From a virus: a stretch of DNA of 64,000 nt. Shown piece by piece: positions 36,505 through 46,293 of this stretch. Position numbers and translations under genes: made by a program. Under the pieces are notes generated by a model. The model saw only the letters and a program-made list of their open reading frames with translations, had not been told where the DNA came from and made no database searches. The stretch's first letter is position 1; every line of letters starts with the position of its first letter. The stretch lies in IMG/VR virus record IMGVR_UViG_3300045960_000114, positions 32,001 to 96,000 of that record; one strand, 5' to 3'.

Positions 36505-38118
36505 GTGAGCGTAGGCTACCCCGCTTCCGACTATGATCGCGGCTACCAGCTGCTACAGGCGCTGGGCTCGTACTGGACAAACATCTTCCAGGACAACAAC
36601 AAGCTGCGTGAGCACCTGCGCAGTACGGGCCAGATGCAGGGGCAGGTCTACCTCAACACGCTGGAAGTGACGGCCTACATCTCCAGGCTGACGGTTCCCA
36701 TCTTTCACACAGAAAACTGGCACCTGATCACCTTCAAGCGTAGCGATTCACTGAGTCTGGCCAGTATCTACAGACCGGACGACTTGCAGTACGGGCCGCA
36801 AGACGGGTCTAACCCGGAACGAGCAGCTGGCTTCATCCAGACGTACGCCGGAACCGACAATCCTGGTATCGTGGAGCTGGCGCTGCCTGATAGCATGGTG
36901 GATGCCCCGGCAACGCTTCAGAATCTGGTCATCTATCCCAGCAAGACCTGGGTTAACGGAATCGACTACGAGGTCGATAAGGTGGCCAAGCGGATCAAGT
37001 TCCGGGATGACCCATTCACCGACCCGATGGTGCCGCGAAGGGACATCTACGATTCCGTTGGTAACATCGTCGACATGGAGATCGCGCTCTGGGTGTACAG
37101 AGGCCGTTTCGACCTCAAGGACATCTATAGCCGGTTCGGACAGCAGATCGATATCGTGCTCGACTCGAGTGAGGATTACAAGAAGCTGGTCAACGCGATG
37201 TGGGATATGTTTGTGCTCGGACCGGCTGCCAGCAGCATGACTTCATACGTGGCAGCGCTGACCGGCGTACCGCTGGTTGTGGGGCCGACCGAGACGGTTG
37301 AGGTCGTGTCTGCGGACGCTTACTCCCAGTTGATGATCACCAGCACAAAAGTCTACCGCGTGCCTTTTGCCTCCACGATCACCGTGTCCGTGGGCGACAC
37401 GGTAACGGCGGGCCAGCCCATATGCGACGCTTTCAGCATCGAGGAGCTGTCGGACGCCAACCACGATTACAGCTGGCTACCGGCTGTCGGTATTACAAAG
37501 TCGCTCATCTCCGGCCCCTACATGGCTGAGCTTCAGTTCAAGAACACGGACGTGGCGCTCGAGTACCTTGGGCTGGATGGCGACGGTAAGGCGATCGTTC
37601 AGTTTGAAATAGGAGGATTCCCCGGTGACGTGGAGTTCTTCTGGGAGTTCGTGCAAGCGGCTGGAAAGCTGCCGGGTCAGAAGACGCTGGCCGAGTTGCT
37701 GGACAAGCGTACGAATCCGGTAGGGCAGCCTGGTCCACTGAATCTGCCGCTAACAATCAACCCGATGACTTTCATCCTGGATAACCTCTGCAAAAACAAT
37801 CTGTTTGTGATCCGGGTGAAGCCTGCCGCCTTCAACCCCTCGGCGCCGGGGCTGTCACTTTTCTCCAATCTCCGCAAAGTGATACCGCCACACACGACTT
37901 ACATCGTATTCGTTGACATGGAACTGCAAACTGAGGCGGTTGACTTGAGCCAGGTTGGGGACGAGAATGAGCCGGGGGCAGAGGAAGAACTTAGCCTTTT
38001 CTATGGTGCTACTGCTGCCATGGACGAGGCTACAGAGGTAGGCTCAGCTACGCCTGGCATGGCGTCTTACGGCGACGTGTCAGTTTACGCTAGGCCAATC
38101 TCGCTTACCTGTGCGTGA
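36505..38118 (+). CDS. Baseplate wedge/tail protein (gp7/gpI analog)
   Basis: Follows the J-like gene; LGSYWTNIF, GVPLVVG, VIPPHT. Confidence 0.6.
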   Translation: MSVGYPASDYDRGYQLLQALGSYWTNIFQDNNKLREHLRSTGQMQGQVYLNTLEVTAYISRLTVPIFHTENWHLITFKRSDSLSLASIYRPDDLQYGPQDGSNPERAAGFIQTYAGTDNPGIVELALPDSMVDAPATLQNLVIYPSKTWVNGIDYEVDKVAKRIKFRDDPFTDPMVPRRDIYDSVGNIVDMEIALWVYRGRFDLKDIYSRFGQQIDIVLDSSEDYKKLVNAMWDMFVLGPAASSMTSYVAALTGVPLVVGPTETVEVVSADAYSQLMITSTKVYRVPFASTITVSVGDTVTAGQPICDAFSIEELSDANHDYSWLPAVGITKSLISGPYMAELQFKNTDVALEYLGLDGDGKAIVQFEIGGFPGDVEFFWEFVQAAGKLPGQKTLAELLDKRTNPVGQPGPLNLPLTINPMTFILDNLCKNNLFVIRVKPAAFNPSAPGLSLFSNLRKVIPPHTTYIVFVDMELQTEAVDLSQVGDENEPGAEEELSLFYGATAAMDEATEVGSATPGMASYGDVSVYARPISLTCA

Positions 38119-38126
38119 GGTGAGAT

Positions 38127-38462
38127 GTGAAGAAGAAAGCCACGTCAGTAGCCGATCATCTCCTGTCAGCGGCACCTTACGGGGTGATGTGGTACGGCAA
38201 CACGCTGGCCGCACCGTGGCCTGAAGATTTTGAGCAGATGAGCGACGCAGAGAAGAACCGCGTGCGCATGCGTCAGCTGCTGAAGGGTGCCGTGTACGGT
38301 TTGAGTGGGTACGCTGCCACCAGATTGATGTTCAGCGATGACTACAAGAAGTTGAATGAGTCCATGTCCGCAGCCTCCCGCGCGCCGAGCGAGGAGTCGA
38401 TTCTGGAGAAGGAAAGTGCGCACAGATTGATGCAGGCTGTCCGGCTGGCGGCATCAGTGTAA
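38127..38462 (+). CDS. Small hypothetical protein
   Basis: GAGGTG RBS, GTG start; one hydrophobic segment. Confidence 0.65.
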   Translation: MKKKATSVADHLLSAAPYGVMWYGNTLAAPWPEDFEQMSDAEKNRVRMRQLLKGAVYGLSGYAATRLMFSDDYKKLNESMSAASRAPSEESILEKESAHRLMQAVRLAASV

Positions 38463-38472
38463 GGATGGAACC

Positions 38473-39096
38473 ATGCCCACCGCAAAAGCGATAAGGCGGT
38501 TGAAAAATCAGTTGGACTTCTATCCCATGGATACCAACGCCAAGGGATTGGTTCGGATCTTCTCGTTCGACCCTAAGACGGGCAAGATCAAGTCCATAAT
38601 CGAGAAGCAGAACCTGATCCTTTACAGCGGCGCCGACGTCATGGCGAAGTGTCTGTCGGGCAACAGCAACTACGCCATCAGCTCGATGTTCATGGAGTTC
38701 AAGAACCTTCCCAGCCCATCCGATTCGATCACACCGCCAGCGTTCGACCGGACCGGTGGCATCGGTTACTACAGCGGGCTGTCATCGTCGCTCGACACGG
38801 ATTACGTGCGCGTTCCGCTGGTGTCGATGCCTGATTTCGATACCAGCGACGCGCTCTACTACAACTTCAACCAGGCCACGTACTTTGCCATCAGCGAGGG
38901 TTCCACCGGCGTCCACGGGAAGACCTTCGGCCCCGGCACGAACTCCGCTGTGTACGGAGCGGCACTCGTGGCGACGCCGGAGCCCGCCCAGCCGGCGCAG
39001 GACGTGGTCTTCTCCCGTGTGTACTCCGGTGTGGGCAAGATCCTGAAAGAAGCGGGCTTCGAGATCGGGATCACCTGGACGATAAGGATGAACTAA
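38473..39096 (+). CDS. Baseplate/tail-fibre attachment protein
   Basis: NLILYSGADVMAKCLSG and FEIGITWTI patterns. Confidence 0.55.
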   Translation: MPTAKAIRRLKNQLDFYPMDTNAKGLVRIFSFDPKTGKIKSIIEKQNLILYSGADVMAKCLSGNSNYAISSMFMEFKNLPSPSDSITPPAFDRTGGIGYYSGLSSSLDTDYVRVPLVSMPDFDTSDALYYNFNQATYFAISEGSTGVHGKTFGPGTNSAVYGAALVATPEPAQPAQDVVFSRVYSGVGKILKEAGFEIGITWTIRMN

Positions 39097-39097
39097 C

Positions 39098-39343
39098 ATG
39101 ACCCAGGCGCATGAGTACCTGATCAAGGCGGCCATGACCAAGACGGCCTTGTTCAACATCAACCTGATGATCCCGAAGCCGATGGCGGCAGCCATGATGG
39201 TCGGCATGGAACCTCAGCGCGAACCACCGTCGAAGTCGGATAACGAGCTTGAAAACTACGTCGAAATGCCCGTCTTCGAGCCGTTGGCCTCCCTGCGGCG
39301 AAAGAGACAGAGTCATCGGCGTGTTCTTCGTGCCGGAGGGTAA
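39098..39343 (+). CDS. Small protein with N-terminal EYLIKAA motif
   Basis: Fills the gap between flanking genes exactly; KAA and KTA motifs. Confidence 0.6.
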   Translation: MTQAHEYLIKAAMTKTALFNINLMIPKPMAAAMMVGMEPQREPPSKSDNELENYVEMPVFEPLASLRRKRQSHRRVLRAGG

Positions 39344-39346
39344 ACA

Positions 39347-41206
39347 GTGTCTTCAATCACCCCGTGGCTCAGCAGAGTGAATCCTGTCGTCGATGGCGAA
39401 CAGGTCAAGGCTGACGTCACTAACAGATACCCGGCGCAGATCGGGCAGCGGACTGATAACCTCAAGCAGCGGTTGGACGATCTGCAGGCCAGCAAGGCGC
39501 TGTTCCTGAGAGACGTGGCGCTGGACCCGGCGGTTCTGGTGGGCTACGCCGTTTACTGGGACGCGTTGACCCTGAGCTACAGACCAGCGATCGCCAAGGT
39601 GGAGTACAGCGCAACGCTGGGTGGCTATGTGGTGGCTAATTCCAGCTACGTGGTTGGCATCTGCATTGCCAAGAGCACAGCGACTGTTGGCGATCTCGTA
39701 CAGATCGGCTTCGTCGGCGATTTCGACTTCACGAATGGCATTGGTTCGCCCGGCACGACGCCCGCAGAAGCCGGCCCGTATTACCTCTCCGGAACGCACG
39801 CGGGAATGTACACGCGGCAGAAACCGCCGGTTGGGGTGTACGTGGCATACCTGCGCGGCGACGGAAGTGCGCAGGTCAACCCCACTCCGCGTGACATTCT
39901 GGAAAGCCACATCCACTACAAGTACAACCTCTTCTCCAACCCGGCTGGCACGCTTGCAGCCACGTTGCCTGGGCAGCCTTACCAGTTCGCCTCGGTCAAC
40001 AACGCGCTGCCCGGCTGGTTGCCCGCGAGCGATGTAATTTTCGGTGGTGCTGCACCGGCAGGTGCAGTGTTTGGGTACAATCTGTCGCAGCACCTGGAAC
40101 TGGAGAGAGTTTGGCCTCCGCAGCCGTACGATCTGGTCTACATCGAGAAGAATGGCTACCCGGTCAACAGCGGGCTGTTCCTGGCCGATGCGAATGGCCT
40201 GTGGTGGTTCGAGAACTGCTATGGGAAGGCGCCGTGGGCCACCCAGGCGAACAACGTGCAGTCGTCCTCATCCTCCTCGTCCTCTTCGTCTTCGTCTTCG
40301 TCCAGTTTCACGTGCGAAGAGCTGTCCCTGCTGGAAAGTGAAGGATACCTACGCAGCGCGCCGGACGCCTCCGTGATGGCCATCTTCTTTACCAAGATGA
40401 TCTTCAAGTCGTCGCTGCTCGTGACGTCGCTTCAGCCGGTAGCCGGCTCGCCGATCGAGATCGTTGGCTGTGATGGGCTGCCGGCGACGCATGGCGACCT
40501 GAAGGTGGGGTTAAACCTGGCGATGACCACCCAGGATGGCGATTACTCGCCTTATGGGTTGAAGGGCGTCACCGGAACCACATTCGGCAAGGGGCCGATT
40601 CTTACGGGTGTGAAGCCGGGAAGTAATGTGAGCATCGTGCCGGTGCCTAATCGCGGTTTCCTGGGCACTGATGGGGTGTATCGCGGCGAGTTTACCATAA
40701 GTGCCAACCTCACGGAAAACCTCCTGGGAGGCACACCGGAACTCGTTGCATTGGATGGTGTGCGCCAGCAGTCGACTGATGGCATCTTCTACCTGATCTT
40801 CCCGAAGAGCCTGACCACGTCCATGCAGATGCGCGTGGGTATCCCAACCGGTGGCGTGCCGGAGGATGCCTATCTGCGGCTCTGGTTCTGGCTGCTGTCC
40901 AAGCGCAACAGTCTGCCGCTGCCTGATCTGTACTGCTCGTACCGGAAACTGGCTACACCCGGTTCTGGATGCGGAAAGGGGTCGCTACCAGACGCTGACA
41001 TCGGTTTAAGTCCTCTGGCTCCAGGTGTTTGCGGGAACATCAATTCTGGCGAGTACATCGAGATCGAGTCGGATCCGATTCCGGTGGTCAATGGCGACAT
41101 GGTCTTCTTCACGCTGCAGCGAGTTGACAGTGGTACAACCCCGGACGCTTACGACGGCGATGTCGGCGTGCTGCGGTTCGGGTACGGAATCAGCTTGGTG
41201 AGCTAA
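39347..41206 (+). CDS. Tail/baseplate structural protein with Ser15 tract
   Basis: GGAGGG RBS, GTG start; beta-rich; Ser15 at 40262-40306. Confidence 0.7.
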   Translation: MSSITPWLSRVNPVVDGEQVKADVTNRYPAQIGQRTDNLKQRLDDLQASKALFLRDVALDPAVLVGYAVYWDALTLSYRPAIAKVEYSATLGGYVVANSSYVVGICIAKSTATVGDLVQIGFVGDFDFTNGIGSPGTTPAEAGPYYLSGTHAGMYTRQKPPVGVYVAYLRGDGSAQVNPTPRDILESHIHYKYNLFSNPAGTLAATLPGQPYQFASVNNALPGWLPASDVIFGGAAPAGAVFGYNLSQHLELERVWPPQPYDLVYIEKNGYPVNSGLFLADANGLWWFENCYGKAPWATQANNVQSSSSSSSSSSSSSSSFTCEELSLLESEGYLRSAPDASVMAIFFTKMIFKSSLLVTSLQPVAGSPIEIVGCDGLPATHGDLKVGLNLAMTTQDGDYSPYGLKGVTGTTFGKGPILTGVKPGSNVSIVPVPNRGFLGTDGVYRGEFTISANLTENLLGGTPELVALDGVRQQSTDGIFYLIFPKSLTTSMQMRVGIPTGGVPEDAYLRLWFWLLSKRNSLPLPDLYCSYRKLATPGSGCGKGSLPDADIGLSPLAPGVCGNINSGEYIEIESDPIPVVNGDMVFFTLQRVDSGTTPDAYDGDVGVLRFGYGISLVS

Positions 41207-41216
41207 GAGGTAGGGC

Positions 41217-42152
41217 ATGACGACAGCTGCGCAGGGTATCTGGGATATCGAGTGGCTTAACGGCAACTCGCAGCGCAAGTATCCCCTGAGGGATGACGCC
41301 ACCAAGACAGATACGACCGAGGCTATGGTCATCCCAGATGACTTCATGGTCGACCTGCTTTGGCCAGTCCAGTCAGGTATTGGGGCTGACCCTACACTGT
41401 TTCACGTCTACGCCATCGACATCTTTGGTACCGGCGTGAAGATCACGCTGGGCTACAACGGTTCGCCCATTGGGGAGACCCTGATAGACACGGAGACGTT
41501 CACGCCAAACCGCGCTTATGTTATCAGCGGACTGAATGACTTTGAGGACAGCATCGGCAAGGTGGTCATCGGCACGCTGAGCAGCATACAAACGTATGCC
41601 GGTCATTTTGAGTTTGATTCAGTAGGTGCTGGTCTGCAGCCGACGGTGATCAGACCGAACCTTCGCGGTGTCAGTGCCATCTTCCTTCAGAATGGGCAGG
41701 ATGTAAGCGACGCCATACAGGGTGACGTGGTATTCGAGGCGGGCAGTAATTTTCAGCTGAACTTCCAACGGCGCAGCGGCACTAAAGCTGACCCGCATGT
41801 CATCGTCCTGAGTGCCATTGACGGAACAAACCTGAATGCTGATTGCCAGTGCGATCCGCAGGAGACGCGTCAGCCGATCTTGACCATTGATGGCATACCG
41901 GGCGACGTCAACAACAACTTCAACCTGCTTGGCTCGACCTGCGTAGAGATGACCCCGATAACCAACGGGTTGAAGATAGAAAATCCATGTTCGGAACCCT
42001 GCTGTGGCTGCCAGGAACTGGAAGTGGTACAACAGGCTACGGAGACGTTGACAGGACAAGTCCACACGCTGATCAACCTGGCGGCAAAGCTGGAAGCAGC
42101 AATTGGGACGTTGGAGTCAAACCTGGCCACCGCAGGCGCGATAACGAGATGA
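41217..42152 (+). CDS. Tail-fibre-associated paralog 1
   Basis: EWLNGNSQRKYPL N-motif; ILTIDGIPGD; CSEPCCGC; C-terminal coiled coil. Confidence 0.7.
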   Translation: MTTAAQGIWDIEWLNGNSQRKYPLRDDATKTDTTEAMVIPDDFMVDLLWPVQSGIGADPTLFHVYAIDIFGTGVKITLGYNGSPIGETLIDTETFTPNRAYVISGLNDFEDSIGKVVIGTLSSIQTYAGHFEFDSVGAGLQPTVIRPNLRGVSAIFLQNGQDVSDAIQGDVVFEAGSNFQLNFQRRSGTKADPHVIVLSAIDGTNLNADCQCDPQETRQPILTIDGIPGDVNNNFNLLGSTCVEMTPITNGLKIENPCSEPCCGCQELEVVQQATETLTGQVHTLINLAAKLEAAIGTLESNLATAGAITR

Positions 42153-42153
42153 C

Positions 42154-43869
42154 ATGGCTTCAGCATTCGAGTGGTTGGAAAGCACCACGCGTATCTCCTA
42201 CCCGTTCGAGGACAACCTCGATGGCGGGTTGAAGTCAATTCTCGTCGACGCATATGTGGCTTGCTCGCGTACGCTGGATGATTGCCGAGTGCGGTTGTCG
42301 CTATTCGATTCCATTGCCCGTCGCGTCGTCCTGACGTATGCCAATGAGACAACCCTGTTTGATCTGCAGGCGCCACTGAATTGCACGTACTCAGAGTACG
42401 ATTTTGGCACAATCTACCGTGTTCATGAATGGTGGAGTCTGGCCGATACGGACGATGATGTGGTAATCAGATTCACATCAATCAAAGACGCGCTGACAGG
42501 GCTGGAGCCGATCAAACCCGACAACGCCTGGTTGCTGCGGTCCTTGATCGACAAGCGCGCGTCTGCAGTTCGTCGGCTGGGGATGAAACTGCCGAACCTG
42601 CCGTGTTGTACTGGCGGCGGTATCGAGGAGGGCTACTTCACCATCAGGGCTGGCTACAACCTGAGTATGGCTGTCTCCAGTACCACGTCAGGTGTCCGCG
42701 ATAGGACTGTCATTGCGATAGATGCCGTACCTGGTGCTGGGGCTGGTCAATATCCTGGCTGCGGGCTCGCTGAGCCGGGATTGAGAAGCATTGGTAACCA
42801 GGAACCTGACGAATTCGGTAATGTCAGTCTGGCTGGAGACAAGTGCCTGTGGATCGAGCGCCCGTTGAATGCGCCCGGGTATACACCCCCACCGGGCAGC
42901 AAGGTCGATTACGAGGCAACCGTCGAAGAGAACACCATCAAGTTGCATGACGACTGTAAAGCGTGTTGTGACTGCAGTGATTACGGCGCCGCCTACCAGG
43001 CATTGCGTAATACGTGGTTGCAGTTGAAGAACGCCTACAAGTCGATTGACATCACCAGGAAGAAATACAACAGTCTGGTCGCCAAGACTAACCTGGATTT
43101 CTGTAACAATGATTTCATCGCCATGATCCGTTGCATGGAACGGCCTGACTATATGGCGTCTGTTGTCGTCGTGATTGCCAACAAGTCAAAAAATCCGCTG
43201 ACTGGTGTGAGGATATCCATGAGTGCCAGTCCGGATTACGGATCTTATCTTCCCAACTCTGGACTGGTTGAGGTTTCTCAGCCTGGCAACGAACCCGTGA
43301 AATTCAAACAGGACATGAGCCCGATAAAGGAAATGACGTACCCCATACAGTCGGATAATACTGTTGATCCGCTTCCAGATATACCTGCGGCAGGGATAAC
43401 AGGTATGAGCATATCCCTCCCCACCATTCCTGCTGGGGGGACGCTGCGCTTCTACTTCGATATGCGATTCATGGTCGGTGAAGAGATAGTTGTTCAGTCC
43501 TTCAATGGAACCATGATACACGCTCCAACCCAGCCTGATGGTTCGTACAATTTGGTTACTGGAGACGCTACCTTTGAAAAGGTACAGCCTGGTGACAGGC
43601 TTCTCGTGGCCGGTGTACTGTCATTTCCCATCGGAGAAATCGACGGATACGTCTGGGATCCTGGCCTGTCAGCGTTTGTGCCAGACTACAGTATAATAAT
43701 GACTGACACGTGGCCTCTTATACCTATCTTAGCTCCAGTACCTATGCAGGTACTGCGCGACAACCGCATCGGCCTGTCATCCACGCTGACAGCCTCAATA
43801 TCCACGTCACTGGGTAATAAAGCCGTGTCAGACTCGGTCAACTTCGAAGCGCCGAAAGGCAAGGTGTAG
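42154..43869 (+). CDS. Tail-fibre-associated paralog 2
   Basis: EWLESTTRISYPF; LRSIGNQEPD; CKACCDC; coiled coil then an AT-richer C-terminal domain. Confidence 0.7.
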   Translation: MASAFEWLESTTRISYPFEDNLDGGLKSILVDAYVACSRTLDDCRVRLSLFDSIARRVVLTYANETTLFDLQAPLNCTYSEYDFGTIYRVHEWWSLADTDDDVVIRFTSIKDALTGLEPIKPDNAWLLRSLIDKRASAVRRLGMKLPNLPCCTGGGIEEGYFTIRAGYNLSMAVSSTTSGVRDRTVIAIDAVPGAGAGQYPGCGLAEPGLRSIGNQEPDEFGNVSLAGDKCLWIERPLNAPGYTPPPGSKVDYEATVEENTIKLHDDCKACCDCSDYGAAYQALRNTWLQLKNAYKSIDITRKKYNSLVAKTNLDFCNNDFIAMIRCMERPDYMASVVVVIANKSKNPLTGVRISMSASPDYGSYLPNSGLVEVSQPGNEPVKFKQDMSPIKEMTYPIQSDNTVDPLPDIPAAGITGMSISLPTIPAGGTLRFYFDMRFMVGEEIVVQSFNGTMIHAPTQPDGSYNLVTGDATFEKVQPGDRLLVAGVLSFPIGEIDGYVWDPGLSAFVPDYSIIMTDTWPLIPILAPVPMQVLRDNRIGLSSTLTASISTSLGNKAVSDSVNFEAPKGKV

Positions 43870-43870
43870 C

Positions 43871-45532
43871 ATGGCGCTTATCACGCGTGACTTCCTGAAT
43901 GCCAACGAGGACCGGGCTTATCCGATTCACGAAGCAGCCACACGTTGTGGCATAAATGGCAACGTGATTCCAAACGATCTGATCGTCGATGCCAACATCT
44001 GGATACCGAAGTCGATTGGTACCAACGTGTACATCTCATCGATCGGCAACAGCGCCAAAATCCTGTCAGTGACTCTGCTGGCCGTAGATTACAACCCGAT
44101 TTGCGGCGAACCTTCTTCGTCGTCATCGGCACAGCCTACATGCAACCCGACGCCTGTCATAAAGCCGGTTGGTGTGGTCAGTCTGGTAAAACCGATCACT
44201 CCGTACAAGAATTATCCGATCCAGCCGATGAAGGATGGCGTAGCTGGGTGGATATCCTTCGGCTCAGGAGTCACAAAGGCGGATACCTACTTTGTAGCCA
44301 TTGACGATCCGGCGAATGGGCTTCTTGTCAATCGCGCGGTCAGGGCATACTTGGTACCACCGGTGACATCACTCGGTAAGGCAAACAGTGATCGTGAGTT
44401 GAAAGGGATTGTCGGGCTTACGGGTGCTGTTGGCCGCGTGGTCGTGGCCAAGAGCACGCGCATGATCAACGGAGTTACGCGGGACGTCATCACGATCGGA
44501 TTAGATACTACGCGCGGCTATGTGCAGACCATGCAGGACTTTGCCGGTGATTGTGGCAAACGGCCAAGCGCCAAAACCTGTGACAAGACGCCTATCTTGT
44601 CGATCGAAGACGTGGCACCTGACGTCAACGGAAACATTGACCTGCTGTTTGAAGGCGACGTTATTGTGGGTGGTGTGCAAGACGGGTTGGTACTGGACTT
44701 CCCGTATGGAACTGCTGACGTCTGTCCGCCGAAAGATTGGGTCATCTACCAGATGATCCCGGGTGACTGTTTCCCGGAGATAACGTCGTCGTCTGCCCCC
44801 GAGCCGCCGCCAGAATCGAGCTCAGGTCAACCCATTCCATCGTCATCCGCGCCGTCCAGCATCGTACCGCCTGGCCCGCCGAGCTACGTGCTGGACTTTG
44901 AGCATAATACGCTATTCCCATTGGAGGTGAGGGCTGGCGAGATAGAGATCCAGGATCTGGGGACAGACACGAACCGGGCTGTCGCTACGTCTTTGGCGGG
45001 TGGAAATGAAGCTGTCGACCTTTTTTACGATCCGCCAGACGTCGCCGATACGTACACACTCGGTTCGCTGATAAAACCGCGCGATTCAGTTTCCAGGGAA
45101 GGACACGTCAGCTTCGGTTTCTACAATACATCGGACTTCTGGTTCTTTGCCGTGCAGCTGTCCCATGTAGTCTACCCGAACGGGTTGTTTTACATCGGGC
45201 GCCGGCTTCCAAGGGTTGGATATGGCGGCGGGTATGCCGGTCCTGGTCCAATCGGGTCGCAGTATTTCTTCCAGCTCGATTCGATTTACGCCTTCAGCCC
45301 GAGCTCCCCGCTCGTCGTGACGGATTACACCGTGTCGCTGTTTGTGCATAAGTCAGGCAGTAACACGCTGATTGACTGGTCTGTGAGCTGGTTGTCCAAC
45401 GTCGTTGCGCAGACTTACGTTGTCGCACGTAACAGTTCACAGTGGGATCCGACAAAGTACGATAGGGCGCGGATTGGACTTGGTTCCGTCACCACGGTCT
45501 GCGAGTTCGATTACTTCAGGATCAACGCCTAA
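43871..45532 (+). CDS. Tail-fibre-associated paralog 3
   Basis: DFLNANEDRAYPI; ILSIEDVAPD; Ser/Pro linker then a beta-rich (lectin-like) C-terminus. Confidence 0.7.
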   Translation: MALITRDFLNANEDRAYPIHEAATRCGINGNVIPNDLIVDANIWIPKSIGTNVYISSIGNSAKILSVTLLAVDYNPICGEPSSSSSAQPTCNPTPVIKPVGVVSLVKPITPYKNYPIQPMKDGVAGWISFGSGVTKADTYFVAIDDPANGLLVNRAVRAYLVPPVTSLGKANSDRELKGIVGLTGAVGRVVVAKSTRMINGVTRDVITIGLDTTRGYVQTMQDFAGDCGKRPSAKTCDKTPILSIEDVAPDVNGNIDLLFEGDVIVGGVQDGLVLDFPYGTADVCPPKDWVIYQMIPGDCFPEITSSSAPEPPPESSSGQPIPSSSAPSSIVPPGPPSYVLDFEHNTLFPLEVRAGEIEIQDLGTDTNRAVATSLAGGNEAVDLFYDPPDVADTYTLGSLIKPRDSVSREGHVSFGFYNTSDFWFFAVQLSHVVYPNGLFYIGRRLPRVGYGGGYAGPGPIGSQYFFQLDSIYAFSPSSPLVVTDYTVSLFVHKSGSNTLIDWSVSWLSNVVAQTYVVARNSSQWDPTKYDRARIGLGSVTTVCEFDYFRINA

Positions 45533-46293
45533 TGGAACAACTCTTCCCGCCATGGCGCAACTACACGCGCCCATTGAAGTACCCCTTCGCCGACAAGTGC
45601 AACCTGACGGCAACCAATGGCGTCGTGTTGTCGGCTGATCTGTTTGATGACGCGCGCATCTACCCTGTGGGCGGTGAAGTTGGGATGTACATTGGGCGTG
45701 TCACCCTGGATGGAACCACGGTAACAATCGAAGTGTACGGTCCGACAAAGGGTAGCCTGGCGACTGCTACATACGACTCGCTGAGTGGCCCAGAGGTACT
45801 GAAGTTTGTTGATGCCAGCGGTAACCCTGCTGGCCTGATGGTATCAGACACGGACAGGTTGCAGACACTGGCAGCCAGTATGCCAGTTGGTGAGACATTG
45901 TTTCTGCAAGACGCTACAGAATTCGTCGCATCGGTGGTGGTGCCGATCCCAGATTACGGTGTCACAGCAGTAGAGGTGAGCACAGAAAGATTGAGTGGGG
46001 ACGTGTACCTGGTTGGTACTGACGGCATCGTACTGAGCGTAGAGGACGGATACATCCGCGTGGATGCTGTCGGCAACCCTTACGCATTGCTGAAGTTGTG
46101 TGAGCAGCAAGCCATACCGATTGCCCCGATTTGCGGGCTGAAGACGCTCAACAAAATACCGCCTGATGGTGCTGGCGACTTCAAGATTACCATCGGTGCT
46201 AACGTGGCAACCGATAACATCCTGCGAATCCTGCAGGAGTCTGGTATCTTTAACGTACAGACTTCCGTGTCGGGGCAAGGATGTCATGGCTGA
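45532..46293 (+). CDS. Tail-fibre-associated paralog 4
   Basis: PWRNYTRPLKYPF; LKTLNKIPPD. Confidence 0.7.
   Translation: MEQLFPPWRNYTRPLKYPFADKCNLTATNGVVLSADLFDDARIYPVGGEVGMYIGRVTLDGTTVTIEVYGPTKGSLATATYDSLSGPEVLKFVDASGNPAGLMVSDTDRLQTLAASMPVGETLFLQDATEFVASVVVPIPDYGVTAVEVSTERLSGDVYLVGTDGIVLSVEDGYIRVDAVGNPYALLKLCEQQAIPIAPICGLKTLNKIPPDGAGDFKITIGANVATDNILRILQESGIFNVQTSVSGQGCHG

Noticed and set aside
40262-40306. Poly-Ser DNA as a microsatellite or slippage repeat
   Set aside because: Codons are mixed (tcg, tcc, tca, tct, agt), so it is not a simple DNA repeat; kept as a protein-level feature.
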